In this document: positions 36,678 through 48,024 of the stretch, one piece after another
How the letters are laid out: the number at the start of each line of letters is the position of its first letter
How positions within the stretch are numbered: position 1 is the stretch's first letter
DNA from: Macrostomum lignano
Taxonomy: Eukaryota
Reading direction: 5' to 3'
Assembly (NCBI GenBank): GCA_002269645.1
Contig: NIVC01002450.1
Span: 108,525 to 172,524 of the forward strand
DNA: 64,000 bases
Position numbers and translations under genes: made by a program
Notes under the pieces: generated by a model
The model's database searches: none
The model's input: only the letters and a program-made list of their open reading frames with translations
What the model was told of the DNA's origin: nothing

Positions 36678-38373
36678 TATAACAATAACAACTGCCTTTG
36701 TTTTGTAGTTGCAATTTAGTTTTATATAAAACTTAGAACTGAGCTAAAAAGCTATAACATAAGAGTTCTAGCATTGGAACCTTTTTTAAGGTATCTAGAA
36801 ATATGTTACTGCTAAATTACCCATAAATTAGAAATAGCAAATATAGGTTTTATTAAACAGTATAATTTTCTCTTTTAATTTAAATATAAATGTAAGATAT
36901 AGTACTAGTAGGCCCAGTGCATGGTCATTTCATCTGCTGCCTTTTTGTTGTCTACTAGCAGATCTAATAACTTCTTAAAAAGAAAAATGTAAAATATAGC
37001 TATAACTTAAAAAAACTTTTATATAATGAGATTTTGTGAGTCATGCAAAGAGTTATTGTATGATGTCTTTTTTGTATGCATTATTTCAAATGTTTATCAT
37101 AACATTTCAAAGAAATTTTATATTTAATTTAAGCATTTGTTGAAAAAAAAGTTTTGTGACAATTAGTAAATCAAAAGGCAAAGTAGTTTGCAATTGAATA
37201 TGATTGTGATTAGCCGATTGTAATTGTGAGCATTGTTATGATCTGTGGCCCCACTATCCAATGATGATAATGCATTTGCTATCTTGTTTTAGTTTATTCA
37301 TAATAAATGAAAAGTTAGTATATAAGTCAAGTCAATGTTTAATTGGGTCTTTTGAGTAATGATATTTTAGATATACTTGTACTTTAAAAAAATGATTGTT
37401 ATCTTAAAAGTATTTTAAGATATTATTTTAATATCTTAAAATTATTTTATTTTATTTTTAAGATATACAGTCTAGATATTTCCCTTTAATATTATATACA
37501 CATGAATACTGACATCATATTTTGTTGGTAGACAAAATGACTGCATTGTATTTCTGTAGACAAACTGGCAGCAAATGAAATAACCATCAACCATAAGCCC
37601 TAGTTCTTCTATATTTTATCATCTTACCACTTTGTCATCCAGACCAGATGACAAAATGAATTAACTTATAAGCCTTTGTATATATATGAGGCCAAAAAGC
37701 CAAAGCCACATATAACTTTTTCTTTCTTTTTTCTCATATACTAGCTTAAAATTAAGCAAAAAATAGATAAAATTATTCTAGAAATCTTCAAATCAAACAA
37801 CTGCCCAAATAACCCCTGTACTATAAAGCAAACATCCTTAAAAACTAGGTTTATAAAACTAAGTTTATCTCACTTGTATATACAGTTATTTTGGCAAAGA
37901 CACTTCAGCAAAGGACATTTTGGCAAAAGTCAGATATTTTTAGTCATTTTGGCAAAAGGGGGAATTCAAACAATGGGAACTTCATAAATCATTAACTGAC
38001 CAAATCATGTTACTTTATGACAATAGTGATAGTGACCCTGGAGACAATTATAACAAGGACAAAGCAATAATGACCAAAAAACTACACATCTCTAGTGAGT
38101 GCAAACTTTTCAAAAAAAAGAAAAGCACTCAAAAGTCAGGAATTGTAAAAATTGCTTTATCTATATGATTATTTTAGGCACTACTTTCCAAGTATTTTTA
38201 GAAACAAAAAATATCTAGAAATTCTGCTTTAGCTTAAAACTAAGTTTGTACCAAACAAATGCACCCAAGAAAATGCAAACTTTGTGGCAGAGATTCAGGA
38301 AATGATATTTTGTACTAACTAAATGTAAATGTACTAACTAAATGCGCTGCTGTACTAGCTATTAAGAAAAAAT

Positions 38374-40191
38374 ACAAGGGGTGTCCAGAAAGTAGTGTTA
38401 CTTTTACTTGTTGCGGACAATTGGTAAGCTGCATTGACATAAATTTGGTGTCGTTTGAAAGTGGCAAGTCTCTTCTTTAAAATGACATAAACTGCAATTG
38501 ATTTGAATTTATATTTTAAGAGATATGTGCACTTGAGTATAGAGAGAGTAGTCATAGACTTATAGAACCTCAAATACAAGTGTACCTGCTAAAATTAGCA
38601 TTCTGCTCAATGACAATTGATATTTTTGCATGCATGAGTTGTTTTTTTATCAAATGTGACATAGTGAAAAGCTTACTCAAAATAATATGGCTGCACCAGT
38701 TGTGCCAAATATCTTTATTGCTCAAGTTTGATCCATCAATTGTCAAATGGACATGCATTCAAAGACAGTAGTGGCATGCCATCTTTACACTTAAGAGCTC
38801 TGGCTGCAAAGCAGCTGACATTCACAGGCAACTCTAAATTGCAGTTCAGAGGTGGAAGAACTGACATGAACTGACTGAAAGTCAGGATGCTCTGAGATCC
38901 ATGCTAGCAGCAGCCTCATCTCGGATCCATTCTCAACTTGATTGATGAAGACTGCCTCCAAAGCATCCACAAAATAGCTGATAGACTAGATTGCTTGAAG
39001 TCCACTTCTTGACTTACTTGACTTAGCTGCAGGGGGCGTCTAGGGGATACAGGGAAGAGGCGGAGGAGACTGCCCATTCTGCTAGACCCTGGCGACCAAT
39101 GACTTCCATTGAAGTGATATTGCTCAGGGAGACCCATCAGTCTTGCCTGCAGCGCAGTCCTCCTCACCAACAGTGGGGAAGAACTTAGCTCGTCCTGAGT
39201 CCTTGAGGTACCAGGCAAGCAGCGGGATGCTCTTGGGCCTGCAAACGTTGGAGAGAACCGGGTTTGGCCCAAGGTGAGTGAGCCTGGCCCTGGTGAAGAC
39301 CAGGCAGTGGCAGATAAAGTGCTCGGCGTTTTTACTGCCTAAGTGGCAGAAGGGGCACCACTCCTTGGGTACTTGGCCCTGAAGGAAGCAGTAGCAAGAG
39401 AAACAGCCATGCCCAGAGAGGGCCATGCTGACTGCTCTGAGGTCTCTGCAGTTGAGCCTGAGGATGGCTCTATGCAGGAGAAGAGAGGGGCAAGGGATGG
39501 CAGCATGGGATTGTCTACAATTCCAGGTGTCATGCCACCTGCAGAGATGCTTGGAGTCAGTCCAGCACTTAACACGGGAGCTGATCACCTCCCGGGCCCA
39601 GCCCCAGCAGCGCGCCAGCAGAGCCAGCCTTAGCCAGCATGTTGGCGTGCTCATTGCCAAGGAAACTGGTACAAGCGCTATGACCTGGGATCTATCTGAG
39701 CTCAACCTGGTTGCCTAGCGCAAGCCCAATAAGCTGGGTGTTGCAGTCCAGGACAGTCCTGGAGCTGGTAGTGCTGCAGCAGAGGGCCTGAAGGGCTGCT
39801 TGGCTATTAGAGTGAAAAATAAATTTCTGACTACTAAGCTGCCTTTGGCGCAGCTCTGCCGCACGCTTGAAGTCCACAGTTTACAAGTCTTTGCAAAAGA
39901 TGATTCATGCCAAGCTGAGTGCCCGTTGGATTCCCCGATGGCTCACTGAGGACATGAAGCTGGATTGTCTATACAGAAGGCTTGTGTCTAGGTTGTGTAA
40001 GTCTGACCAATCTCCCTCTACTTAAGTGCACATATCTCTTAAAATATAAATACGCTCGTACAAATCAATTGCAGTTTATGTCATTTTAAAGAAGAGACTT
40101 GCCACTTTCAAATGACACCAAATGTATGTCAACGCAGCTTACCAAACATTGGCAAAAAGTAAAAGTAACACTACTTTCCAGACACCCCTTG
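38374..40191 (+). mobile_element. Second mariner-family element with about 200-bp TIRs, internally deleted, interrupted by a LINE
   Basis: TA flanks; TIR starts CAAGGGGTGTCC(A/T)GAAAGTAGTGTTACTTTTAC. Transposase remnants GCKAADIHRQL, ILNLIDED...KST|VYKSL and KLSARWIPR (WVPHxL-type motif) continue across the LINE insertion. Confidence 0.85.
39006..39864 (-). mobile_element. 5'-truncated non-LTR retrotransposon with RNase H and CCHC (I/R1-like group), 859 bp
   Basis: Perfect 13-bp TSD GCTTGAAGTCCAC (38993-39005, 39865-39877). RNase H-like IFHSNSQAALQAL...LGNQVEL; terminal CPFC...HFICHC; about 120-nt 3' UTR ending in AAGTC/AAGT short repeats. Confidence 0.85.
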
Positions 40192-41005
40192 TACTTTAGC
40201 CAAAGCCACCAGAGCACAAGGCATTTCTATAGCTTAGGCTATGCTACAAATGAAAGCAAAACTAAGAAAGACCTGCTAGCTATTAAGAAGATTTATAAAC
40301 TCATAAATAATCTTCTATAACTATAACACTCTGTGTGTACCATGCTGTTGCTACCTATCTTACACCATAACTCATAATTACATTCTATATTGAGCATATG
40401 TTTTAAGCTAAAAGTAAATGCTATAAGGTAGCAATAGGAGTAGGCATTAAAACAAAAAATGATAAATTGCAAAAGAAAGTTTAGGATTTAGCTAATACTA
40501 GCAAATAAATAAAAATAGAAAATGTACAAATATCATAGAAAATATTACAAATAAAAGAATAAAAATAAGACATGAATTAATTGCCTTAACATTAAAGTCT
40601 TTATTTAGGCAAAAATTGTTGGTCGCCCTTGAAAGTTTTTAGGTCTGCCCCGAAGGAGTATTCCTTCCTCTCCTTTTCTACTCTCCATATTGTGCTTATG
40701 TTTTCTGATCATATACTAGAATATACTTTAGCCACTTAAATGTATGCTTAGTTTCTTAGGCCTCTCTATATCATTGTCCTTATTAGATATGTACTGGTAT
40801 AATATAAACAACAATATTAGATATATATGAGTGTAAGTATGATATTAATTTTTTATTCTAAAGCTAAAAACTGTCTAGGTTTGTTTAATTGAATCTGTTT
40901 ATCTTCTAAACTAAAGTACATTATAATAAATATTGCATATGCATATCATACTACTCAAGCATTAAAACTGGCAATTTCCAGGAAGAACAGGCCAGTGGCG
41001 CATCT

Positions 41006-43608
41006 ATGGAATTGGGGCAGCAGGCTCAGCCGCCGCCGCCCCTGTTCCAATCTGAGCATCACCTGCTGGCCGACATGCGCTACCTGTCAGAAATTCGCGG
41101 CAATCTCTCCGAAATTGAAGCCAATTTGCCAAGCGCCTGCGAGATACTGGAAGGCGACGGCGGCTCCAAGCTTTATTTAGTTGGCACAGCGCATTTCTCT
41201 GAGCAGAGCTGTCAGGATGTTCGCGATGTTATTCGGCAAGTTAAACCGCACCGGGTTATACTGGAGCTGTGCCAGACTCGCACTGGTATTCTCACCTTGG
41301 ATGAGGACACTCTGAGAGCTCAGGTGGCCGACACTGGATTGGAGAGTGTGCGCAGGTGAGGCTTCAATAATAAGCAGTCTTATATGTGGGGGCCGTGGCA
41401 TAGTGGTCTTGAGCAGCGCTCTGATGTGCCAGCGGCCCAGGCTCGATTCCATTCGAATCCATTCGATTCCATCTCGGCTAGGGTCTACTGGTGCAATTAA
41501 CTCCATTGAGGTCCAACCCCCAAAGCACAGTGAAGTGTACATGCCTAACGATAAATAAAATTAGAGCGGCTGTACACTTCTGTGTGAGTGCCTGTACATC
41601 TGCTGTATGACTAAATACATACAGCGCCTGTGTACTTGGTTAGCTGCCCAGGGGAGTCGGCACAATGGGCAGTAATGCCTCTCACTGGCAGTGTGACAAT
41701 GTCGCTTAAAGTGCGCCAGTGCGCCAAAGCCCCTGCCTCCAACAAAAGAAGGCTTAGATGTGCAAATAATCCACTCTCATTGCAGCAGAAGATTAAATAG
41801 AAGCATTTTTAGGAAATTTTCAGTAAAACTGTCTAATCCTTTAGGCCCCATCCCTCGTTATCTCTGGCCTCTTTCGAGAGTTTATCTGGCCCTCTATTTT
41901 CGATGGGCTAATGTACATTGATCGCCAAAGGCATTTTCGCCAGGATGCTCAACAACCCTCGAGAGAATATTTAAATGTTTATCCAAATCTTGCTATTGCA
42001 GGAATGCCCGCTCCTTAGGCTGGTCAGGCGCCATCATGCACTACCTGATGGGCCGGCTTAGCGCATGTATTATGGATCAAATTGGCCTGCTACCCGGCGG
42101 AGAATTTCGCGCCGCCGTTGACGAAGCCAGAGGACTGCCGTTTTGCGAGGTTAATTGAGTTTTTACCTTTTGTACGAGTGCAAATCCTCGTTTACGAATT
42201 TGTCTATACCATCTCTGTAGTTTCTAAAGCTTGAAAATTCATAAATCCGCACTCAGTATCAACGAAATCCTCACTCGGATACGCTCGTATTCTCAAATCC
42301 CCATTCGACCATTCTCAAATCCCCACTCGACCATTCTCAAATCCCCATTCGACCATTCTCAAATCCCCACTCGAGTATTCTCAAATCCCCACTCGAGCAT
42401 TCTCAATCCCCACTCGACCATTCTCAATCCCCACTCGACCATTCTCAAATCGCCACTGGACCATTCTCAAATCCCCACTCGACCGTTCTCAAATCCCCAC
42501 TGGACCATTCTCAAATCCCCACTCGACCATTCTCAAATCCTCACTCGAGTATTCTCAAATTCCCACTCGAGTATTCTCAAATCCCCACTCGAGTATTCTC
42601 AAATCCCCACTCGACCATTCTCAAATCCCCACTCGAGTATTCTCAAATCCCCACTCGAGAATTTTTTTAGAATGCTTTTATCCCCACAGATTCTGCTGAA
42701 GGACCGGTCAATTCGCATCACAATCCAGCGTACGCTTAGCAAATTGTCATTGTACGGCAAACTTCGCCTAGCCTATTGTCTGCTATTCAGCATGGAGGCC
42801 ATCACCAAAGAGCAAATTGAAATGTTTAAAGACAAAGACTTACTGGAACAGTTGCTAGCCGAACTAGGCGAAACTTTTCCCGAACTTCGCGAAGTTATCG
42901 TTGACGAACGGGATCGGTATATGGCCTACCAGTTTCGGTCTTTGTGCAAGCCGCTGTTCCCTGGTGTGCCTTCGGTGAGTGCTTTAATAATCAGAGGCCA
43001 TAGTAACAGCAAGTGGGGTGTCCATAGTCCCAGCAAGTGGGGTGTCCATAGTCCCAGCAAGTGGGTGTCCATAGTCCCAGCAAGTGGGTGTCCATAGTCC
43101 CAGCAAGTGGGGTGTCAATAGTCCGGACAATGCGTGGCGTCCATAGTCTGAGAAAGCAGGGTGTCCACTGTCCATGACGCAAGCAAGCAGGGTGTCCACT
43201 GTCCATGACGCAAGCAAGCAGGGTGTCCACTGTCCATGATGCAAGCAAGCAGGGTGTCCATTGTCCATAACGCAAGCAAGCAGGGTGTCTAAGGTATTAA
43301 TTAGACGACTGAGCAACTAACCTAAGCTCGAACTCCAACCAATATTCAACCAATAGATCAACGTGGCCGTTGTGGGATTCGGTCATAAAACGGGCATTCG
43401 GTCCTACTGGCCAGCGGCGGCCGATCCGTCCGTACTGGGCGACTGCATGAACGTGCCGGTCGCTCCTCTATCGGAACGATTGTTCTTGCGCACAGCCAAG
43501 TACACCCTTATTGGCAGCACTTTGTTCCTATTGTACTTGACCGGTCGGCTTACTTACAGGCGAATTCTACTACCGCTGGCGACTGGCATTCGCGCTATGC
43601 TACTATAA
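41006..43608 (+). CDS. TRABD: TraB domain-containing protein, about 344 aa, 4 exons
   Basis: Exons 41006-41355, 42002-42149, 42690-42974 and 43357-43608; GT-AG, 1035 nt in frame. LYLVGTAHFS, VILELC, PGGEFRAA, LLKDRSIRIT, IVDERDRYM, AVVGFGH and a C-terminal hydrophobic anchor. Confidence 0.92.
41388..41747 (+). mobile_element. tRNA-derived SINE, family A, copy 3, in TRABD intron 1
   Basis: Aligns with 1357-1714 through the head, the central GCACAGTGAAGTGTACATGCCTAACGATAAA block and the tail; more diverged. Confidence 0.85.
42290..42660. repeat. 22-bp minisatellite (CCCCACTCGACCATTCTCAAAT)n in TRABD intron 2
   Basis: About 16 units. Confidence 0.9.
43000..43290. repeat. Two adjacent short arrays (about 23 bp and 31 bp) in TRABD intron 3
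   Basis: GTCCATAGTCCCAGCAAGTGGGGT-type units, then GCAGGGTGTCCACTGTCCATGACGCAAGCAA units; both share GGGTGTCCA. Confidence 0.85.
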
Positions 43609-43700
43609 GTAGCCTCTCTAATAACTTAGTTTGTTTTTTCTCGAAAAAACATATTTTGTTACTTTTAGTAGCTAATTTCGTGTGTAATTAGGGCTTAGGT

Positions 43701-43956
43701 CAGGGATCGGCCAACTCCGGCCCGCCAGGCCTGTCTATCCGGCCTTCGGGTCCTTTGAAACTTCACAATAGCAATCTGGCCCGCTCAGGGTCTGTGTCTC
43801 TTCTCAATATCCTCTCCTATGCTCTCCCTTCTCTTCTTCACCTCCTCTCATCTCTCATCTCCTCTATTCCATCACCTTTCTCCCCTTCTTTATGGCCCGC
43901 AGTCATGCGCTAGATTCTCTGTCTGGCCCTTGTGGTAAAAAGTTTACCAACCCCTG
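43701..43956 (+). mobile_element. hAT-type MITE, 256 bp, with CT-rich core
   Basis: Termini CAGGGATCGGCCAACT and AGTTTACCAACCCCTG; perfect 8-bp TSD GCTTAGGT. Second copy at 62757-63124. Confidence 0.88.
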
Positions 43957-44489
43957 GCTTAGGTGGTTGAGGTAATTTCGGTAAAAGAAGTGTTTTAAAG
44001 GATGTACGTTCAAGTGTAAAAGATTAAAACAAACAGACCTTTTGTTAATTGATAAGCTTGATGACGAGTTTATGCAGTTTCATTCCTTGCTAGTCGCTAT
44101 AGAGTTATTCAGAGCCCTTGACTGAAGGTAACCATACTTCACCGAGATACTATACGTTACTCCATACGGTTAACAGTACATTTCAGCCAGGCAGGAGTTC
44201 TTAAAATCAAAATTCAGTTCGATGTTGCATTATTTTTAATTGAAAGCTTGAAAAACAGTGTCTGTTCTTTAGTGTTTTGTTCTATCATTCGTTGGAATCC
44301 AATTGAAGTGATTCATATTTTTCACATTGTAATCGTATATATAATAAGCATTCGATTTTTAGTTTATTTCAAACAATAGATCAGAATATTTTTTGTTTGA
44401 AATTGCCACCAGTTTAGCTGCTTCTCTCTGAACTTTGTGCCAACGGTACATTCAGTTAGTAATGTTATATAGAACTATTCACGTACAAC

Positions 44490-44946
44490 CACAGATTCTA
44501 GAATAACTAGATGGGCCACTCAGTACATTTGCGTGTAAGCTACTTTCAGTTCAGTAGCAAGTTAAACAGAAGCATTTTATTGTATATTTAAAGACAAGGC
44601 TTATTTATTTGCTCTTATCCCCCAGCTTAAACCCTCCAACCGCGCCTTTCCACACTACCCCCCCGCCCCGTCCCAATTTTTATTGTTTTTTCTCGGGATT
44701 CCAGCCTAAAGCTGCCATGTACATTTCAGTGGACTGGCTAATGTACATTATTGCTGAACCAATTAGCAAGCTGTTTACGCCTGCAAGCTTGGGCTTCTAA
44801 ACTTATCAAAGTCATTTCAGCTGCCTTTATTTTTATAAAATAGCTTATGTATTCTTCTTTGCAAACTGAACTGAAGGTAGAAAGCTGTCTTACTACGTAT
44901 ATATGCCTGAGTGGGCCCATCTACAATAGTTATTTTAGAATCTGTG
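44490..44946. mobile_element. Degenerate MITE-like element with about 110-bp imperfect inverted arms
   Basis: CACAGATTCTAGAATAAC..TAGATGGGCCACTCAG..TTCAGTTCAG on the left mirrors CTGAACTGAA..CTGAGTGGGCCCATCTA..GTTATTTTAGAATCTGTG on the right. Confidence 0.65.
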
Positions 44947-45439
44947 CGTCCAACTAAATATATTCAGCGTTTACTTGGCTTAGTTGCGCTTGTTTCTTGC
45001 TACTATTAAGTAGCCTAATTAAGGCGAGTATGCTATGAACAGTTTGTTATGTTATTTTTTAGTTTCGTGTATCTATGTAATCAAACATGCTTTATTAGCT
45101 GTATCTCGGTGTCTGCTTTGATTTTCTCCTATATATTTTCTGTTTAACCTAATATTTAATTAAGTTTGTTATAAAGCGTTATTATACGGTGACATGGCAC
45201 TATTATACTCGTACAGTAGAGTACACAATTTCTGAGTTTTGACTCGTAAAGCCTTCTTATTAAGTTTTGTTCTATTGTGCTGATGAGAATAATGAAATAT
45301 TGATTTTGCTGTGTCGGGAATTGCCTATAACATGATTGGCAATCACAATAAAAGTTGAAATACTTGTGCTGTAGAAGGCTCTCTGTGTTCTAAATTCGTT
45401 TCGTATGCATGTTCTTCCTTATTTTGAGCACGGAGTATG

Positions 45440-45850
45440 CAGTTGCTGGTTCGGCCTCCCAGATCATCTGTTGCTGGGACACCCTCCCAGATCCTCAGTT
45501 GCTGGGCCAGTCTCCCAGATCCTCAGTTGCTGGGCCAGCCTCCCAGATCCTCAGTTGCTGGGCCAGCCTCCCAGATCCTCAGTTGCTGACCATCCAGATC
45601 CTTAGTTGCTGAGCCAGCCTCCCAGATCCTCAGTTGCTGGGCCAGTCTCCCAGATCTTCAGTTGCTGGGCCAACCTCCCAGATCCTCAGTTGCTGGGCCA
45701 ACCTCCCAGATCCTCAGTTGCTATGCCAGCCTCCCAGATCCTCATTTGCTGGGCCAGCCTCCCAGATCCTCAGTTGCTGGGCCAGCTTCACAGATCCTCA
45801 GTTGCTGAGCCACCCAGATCCTCAGTTGCTGGGCCAGCCTCCCAGATCCT
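45440..45850. repeat. 28-bp minisatellite (GCTGGGCCAGCCTCCCAGATCCTCAGTT)n
   Basis: About 14 units; reverse complement of the 17935-18455 unit. Confidence 0.9.
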
Positions 45851-45928
45851 CATGCTTGGTTGGATCCATAACTGACATTCTGAGAAAATTTCAACCCAAA
45901 AAGGCAATCGATTTCCATTCCAATCCAG

Positions 45929-47729
45929 GACGCGTTCGCCCTGCCCCCGGGCTACACGCACTCTCTGACCGCGGACGTCCCGCCTGGCCGTCGCAGCCGA
46001 AGCCGCCCGGCTGACTCTACATCCGCCTCCGCTTCGGCCGCCGCCGTCTGCCTGTACGTGTCCGGCGTGTCGGATTTGGCCGGGGCCAGGCGCTGAATCC
46101 GCGCCTACCAGCTGGCCTCCCGGGCCCTGCTGCTGCCTGTCAAAACCTACAGGAGTCGGGCCAGCCGGCCCAGGGCGCTGCACTGTCTGGAGTTTCGTTG
46201 CGTTGCCGTCGGTTGCGGCTTCCGGCTGGCAGTACGGCTGCTCAGCACTGATCGGCCCGATGCTGCTCTGGTGGCCTCCTCTGATCCGGAATTGGCAACT
46301 GCCGATGCCCCAGCTGTCTGCCAGGTGAGTGATTCGCAACCACCTACTAACGAGTACAAGTAAGTAGCATGAAGCGACTTACTTTAATTAGTAACTCTCG
46401 CAAAGTCTTTAATTCTTAATTAAGCAGTAGTCAGTTGATGAGGCAATAATCAATACAGCTAAACTTACTGCTCTGCAAACACAATTACAGGTGGTTCTGC
46501 GCGGCGATCATTCCAGCCACAGTGCCTCTAATAATGATGATGCTGATGGCGCTGATGCTGAGGCGCCCAGCAGCTGCCAGCGCGGTCGAACTCGCCGCCG
46601 CGGCGGCCGACTTGGCCCGGACACGCGGCGCGAGATTCGAACCTTGGCCAGTCAGCTGGGCCTGACGCCTCGCCGGGCGATGGCCGTCTGGTATCAGTGC
46701 CGCGGTATCGAGCCGACCGACTGTCCAGACGCCGAACTGGACGACGGCCGACTGCCTGGCTACGCCGACTTTGCTCGGGCTCGTCGGCGACACCTGAACT
46801 CCGGCGGCGACGGCGGTGGTGGTGGCGACGACACATTAGACCGTCTGGCTCGACGCTACCCGCAGCTCCGCGCTGGATTGGCCGCTTTTAAATCCGCTCT
46901 GCATCGACACCGCGACGATCCAAGACGAATCTCCGCCATGCTCAGCAAAGCTGTACAAGCCGCTGACGCAGCTGAGCCGGCTGCTGCTCAGTCTGCTGCT
47001 CCTGGAGCTTCGGATCCTTCCGCTGCTTCGGCTATCAACAATCCAGAAGTTGTCGAGCGTCTTCGAGCATTCGGTCATCGAATAATCGAATGCCAATGGC
47101 TGCCAATGCTGCTAGTGGAGCCGGCCGAGTCGCTGTCCCTGTTCCGCAGGTTCTACTACGCCCTGTACAGCCCGGCTACGCCTGAGCAGCTCCGCTGCCG
47201 CTTGGACTCGTTTGAATTAGTGAACGACCGGGCCGATTCGCTCAGCGTGCTGCTGTCGGCCGAGTCTGGCGAATTATTTGCGGAACTGTTGCCGCCAGCT
47301 ATGCCTGCAGCTTCAACATCTGCGCTGCCAGCTTCTTCAACTGTCGATACTGGCGCTGCTGTTGACTGTGCCGGCAGTCGGCTGGCCGCCGATCGGCAAT
47401 CCTTGCACTTTCTAGCCAGCGCTTTTGTGTCCAACGTGCTGGCGGCTGTTTGGCCTCGCCTACTGCTAGCGGAACAGCGGGAGGCGGCAGCGAGCGGCCA
47501 GTTTCTGCAGCTCAATGCCAGCGTTCGCCGATTCACCGAACGGGCCGGCCAGATCGGCTCGCGTCGTCTTCTGCTGTCCTCGCTGCGACATTTTGCCGCC
47601 TCGGCTGTGGCCGCTATTGAGGAAGCCGTCACCGTTGACGTGGCCGCCGACGCTCTTGCCGAAGTGGCGGCTGCGGCTGACGGCCCGCTGCCCGATCTGT
47701 TGGAAGTGGCCGAGTCTGACTTTGAATAG
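45929..47729 (+). CDS. Probable MULE-transposase-derived protein with WRKY/GCM1-like Zn finger; in-frame TGA in first visible exon (pseudogene, allele or error)
   Basis: Exons 45929-46324 (AG|GAC to CAG|GTGAGT) and 46491-47729, both phase 0. FRC-VAVG-CGFRLAV...VVLRGDHSSH spans the intron. TGA at 46094-46096 (ARR*IRAY). No ATG in the first visible exon. Confidence 0.55.
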
Positions 47730-48024
47730 GACAGTTTCTATAGAAGTATCTGATGCATTATCGACTAGAGAACTGTTGATAGGCATTGATTGTGATACGT
47801 TTTCACTGCATTTAATCTGTTGTGGCTTACTGTTGTACATGTACCTGTGTACGTATGTTTTTCTGTTTATTTTATTATATCTAATGCTTGTATTGAATTG
47901 AATTGAATTGATCGGTGTGTAGCTTATTTTGTAAATTAATTGCAGCTACCATTGGATGTGAAACAGCTTCTGATGTTATTTATTTATTGGTCCGCTTTCA
48001 GTGATGCCATAAAAATAATAATTC

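Noticed and set aside
46094-46096. Selenocysteine or genetic-code reassignment to explain in-frame stops here and in the hAT ORF
   Set aside because: The context suits Trp or Gln point mutations, I see no SECIS, and conserved genes here end normally in TGA, TAA and TAG.
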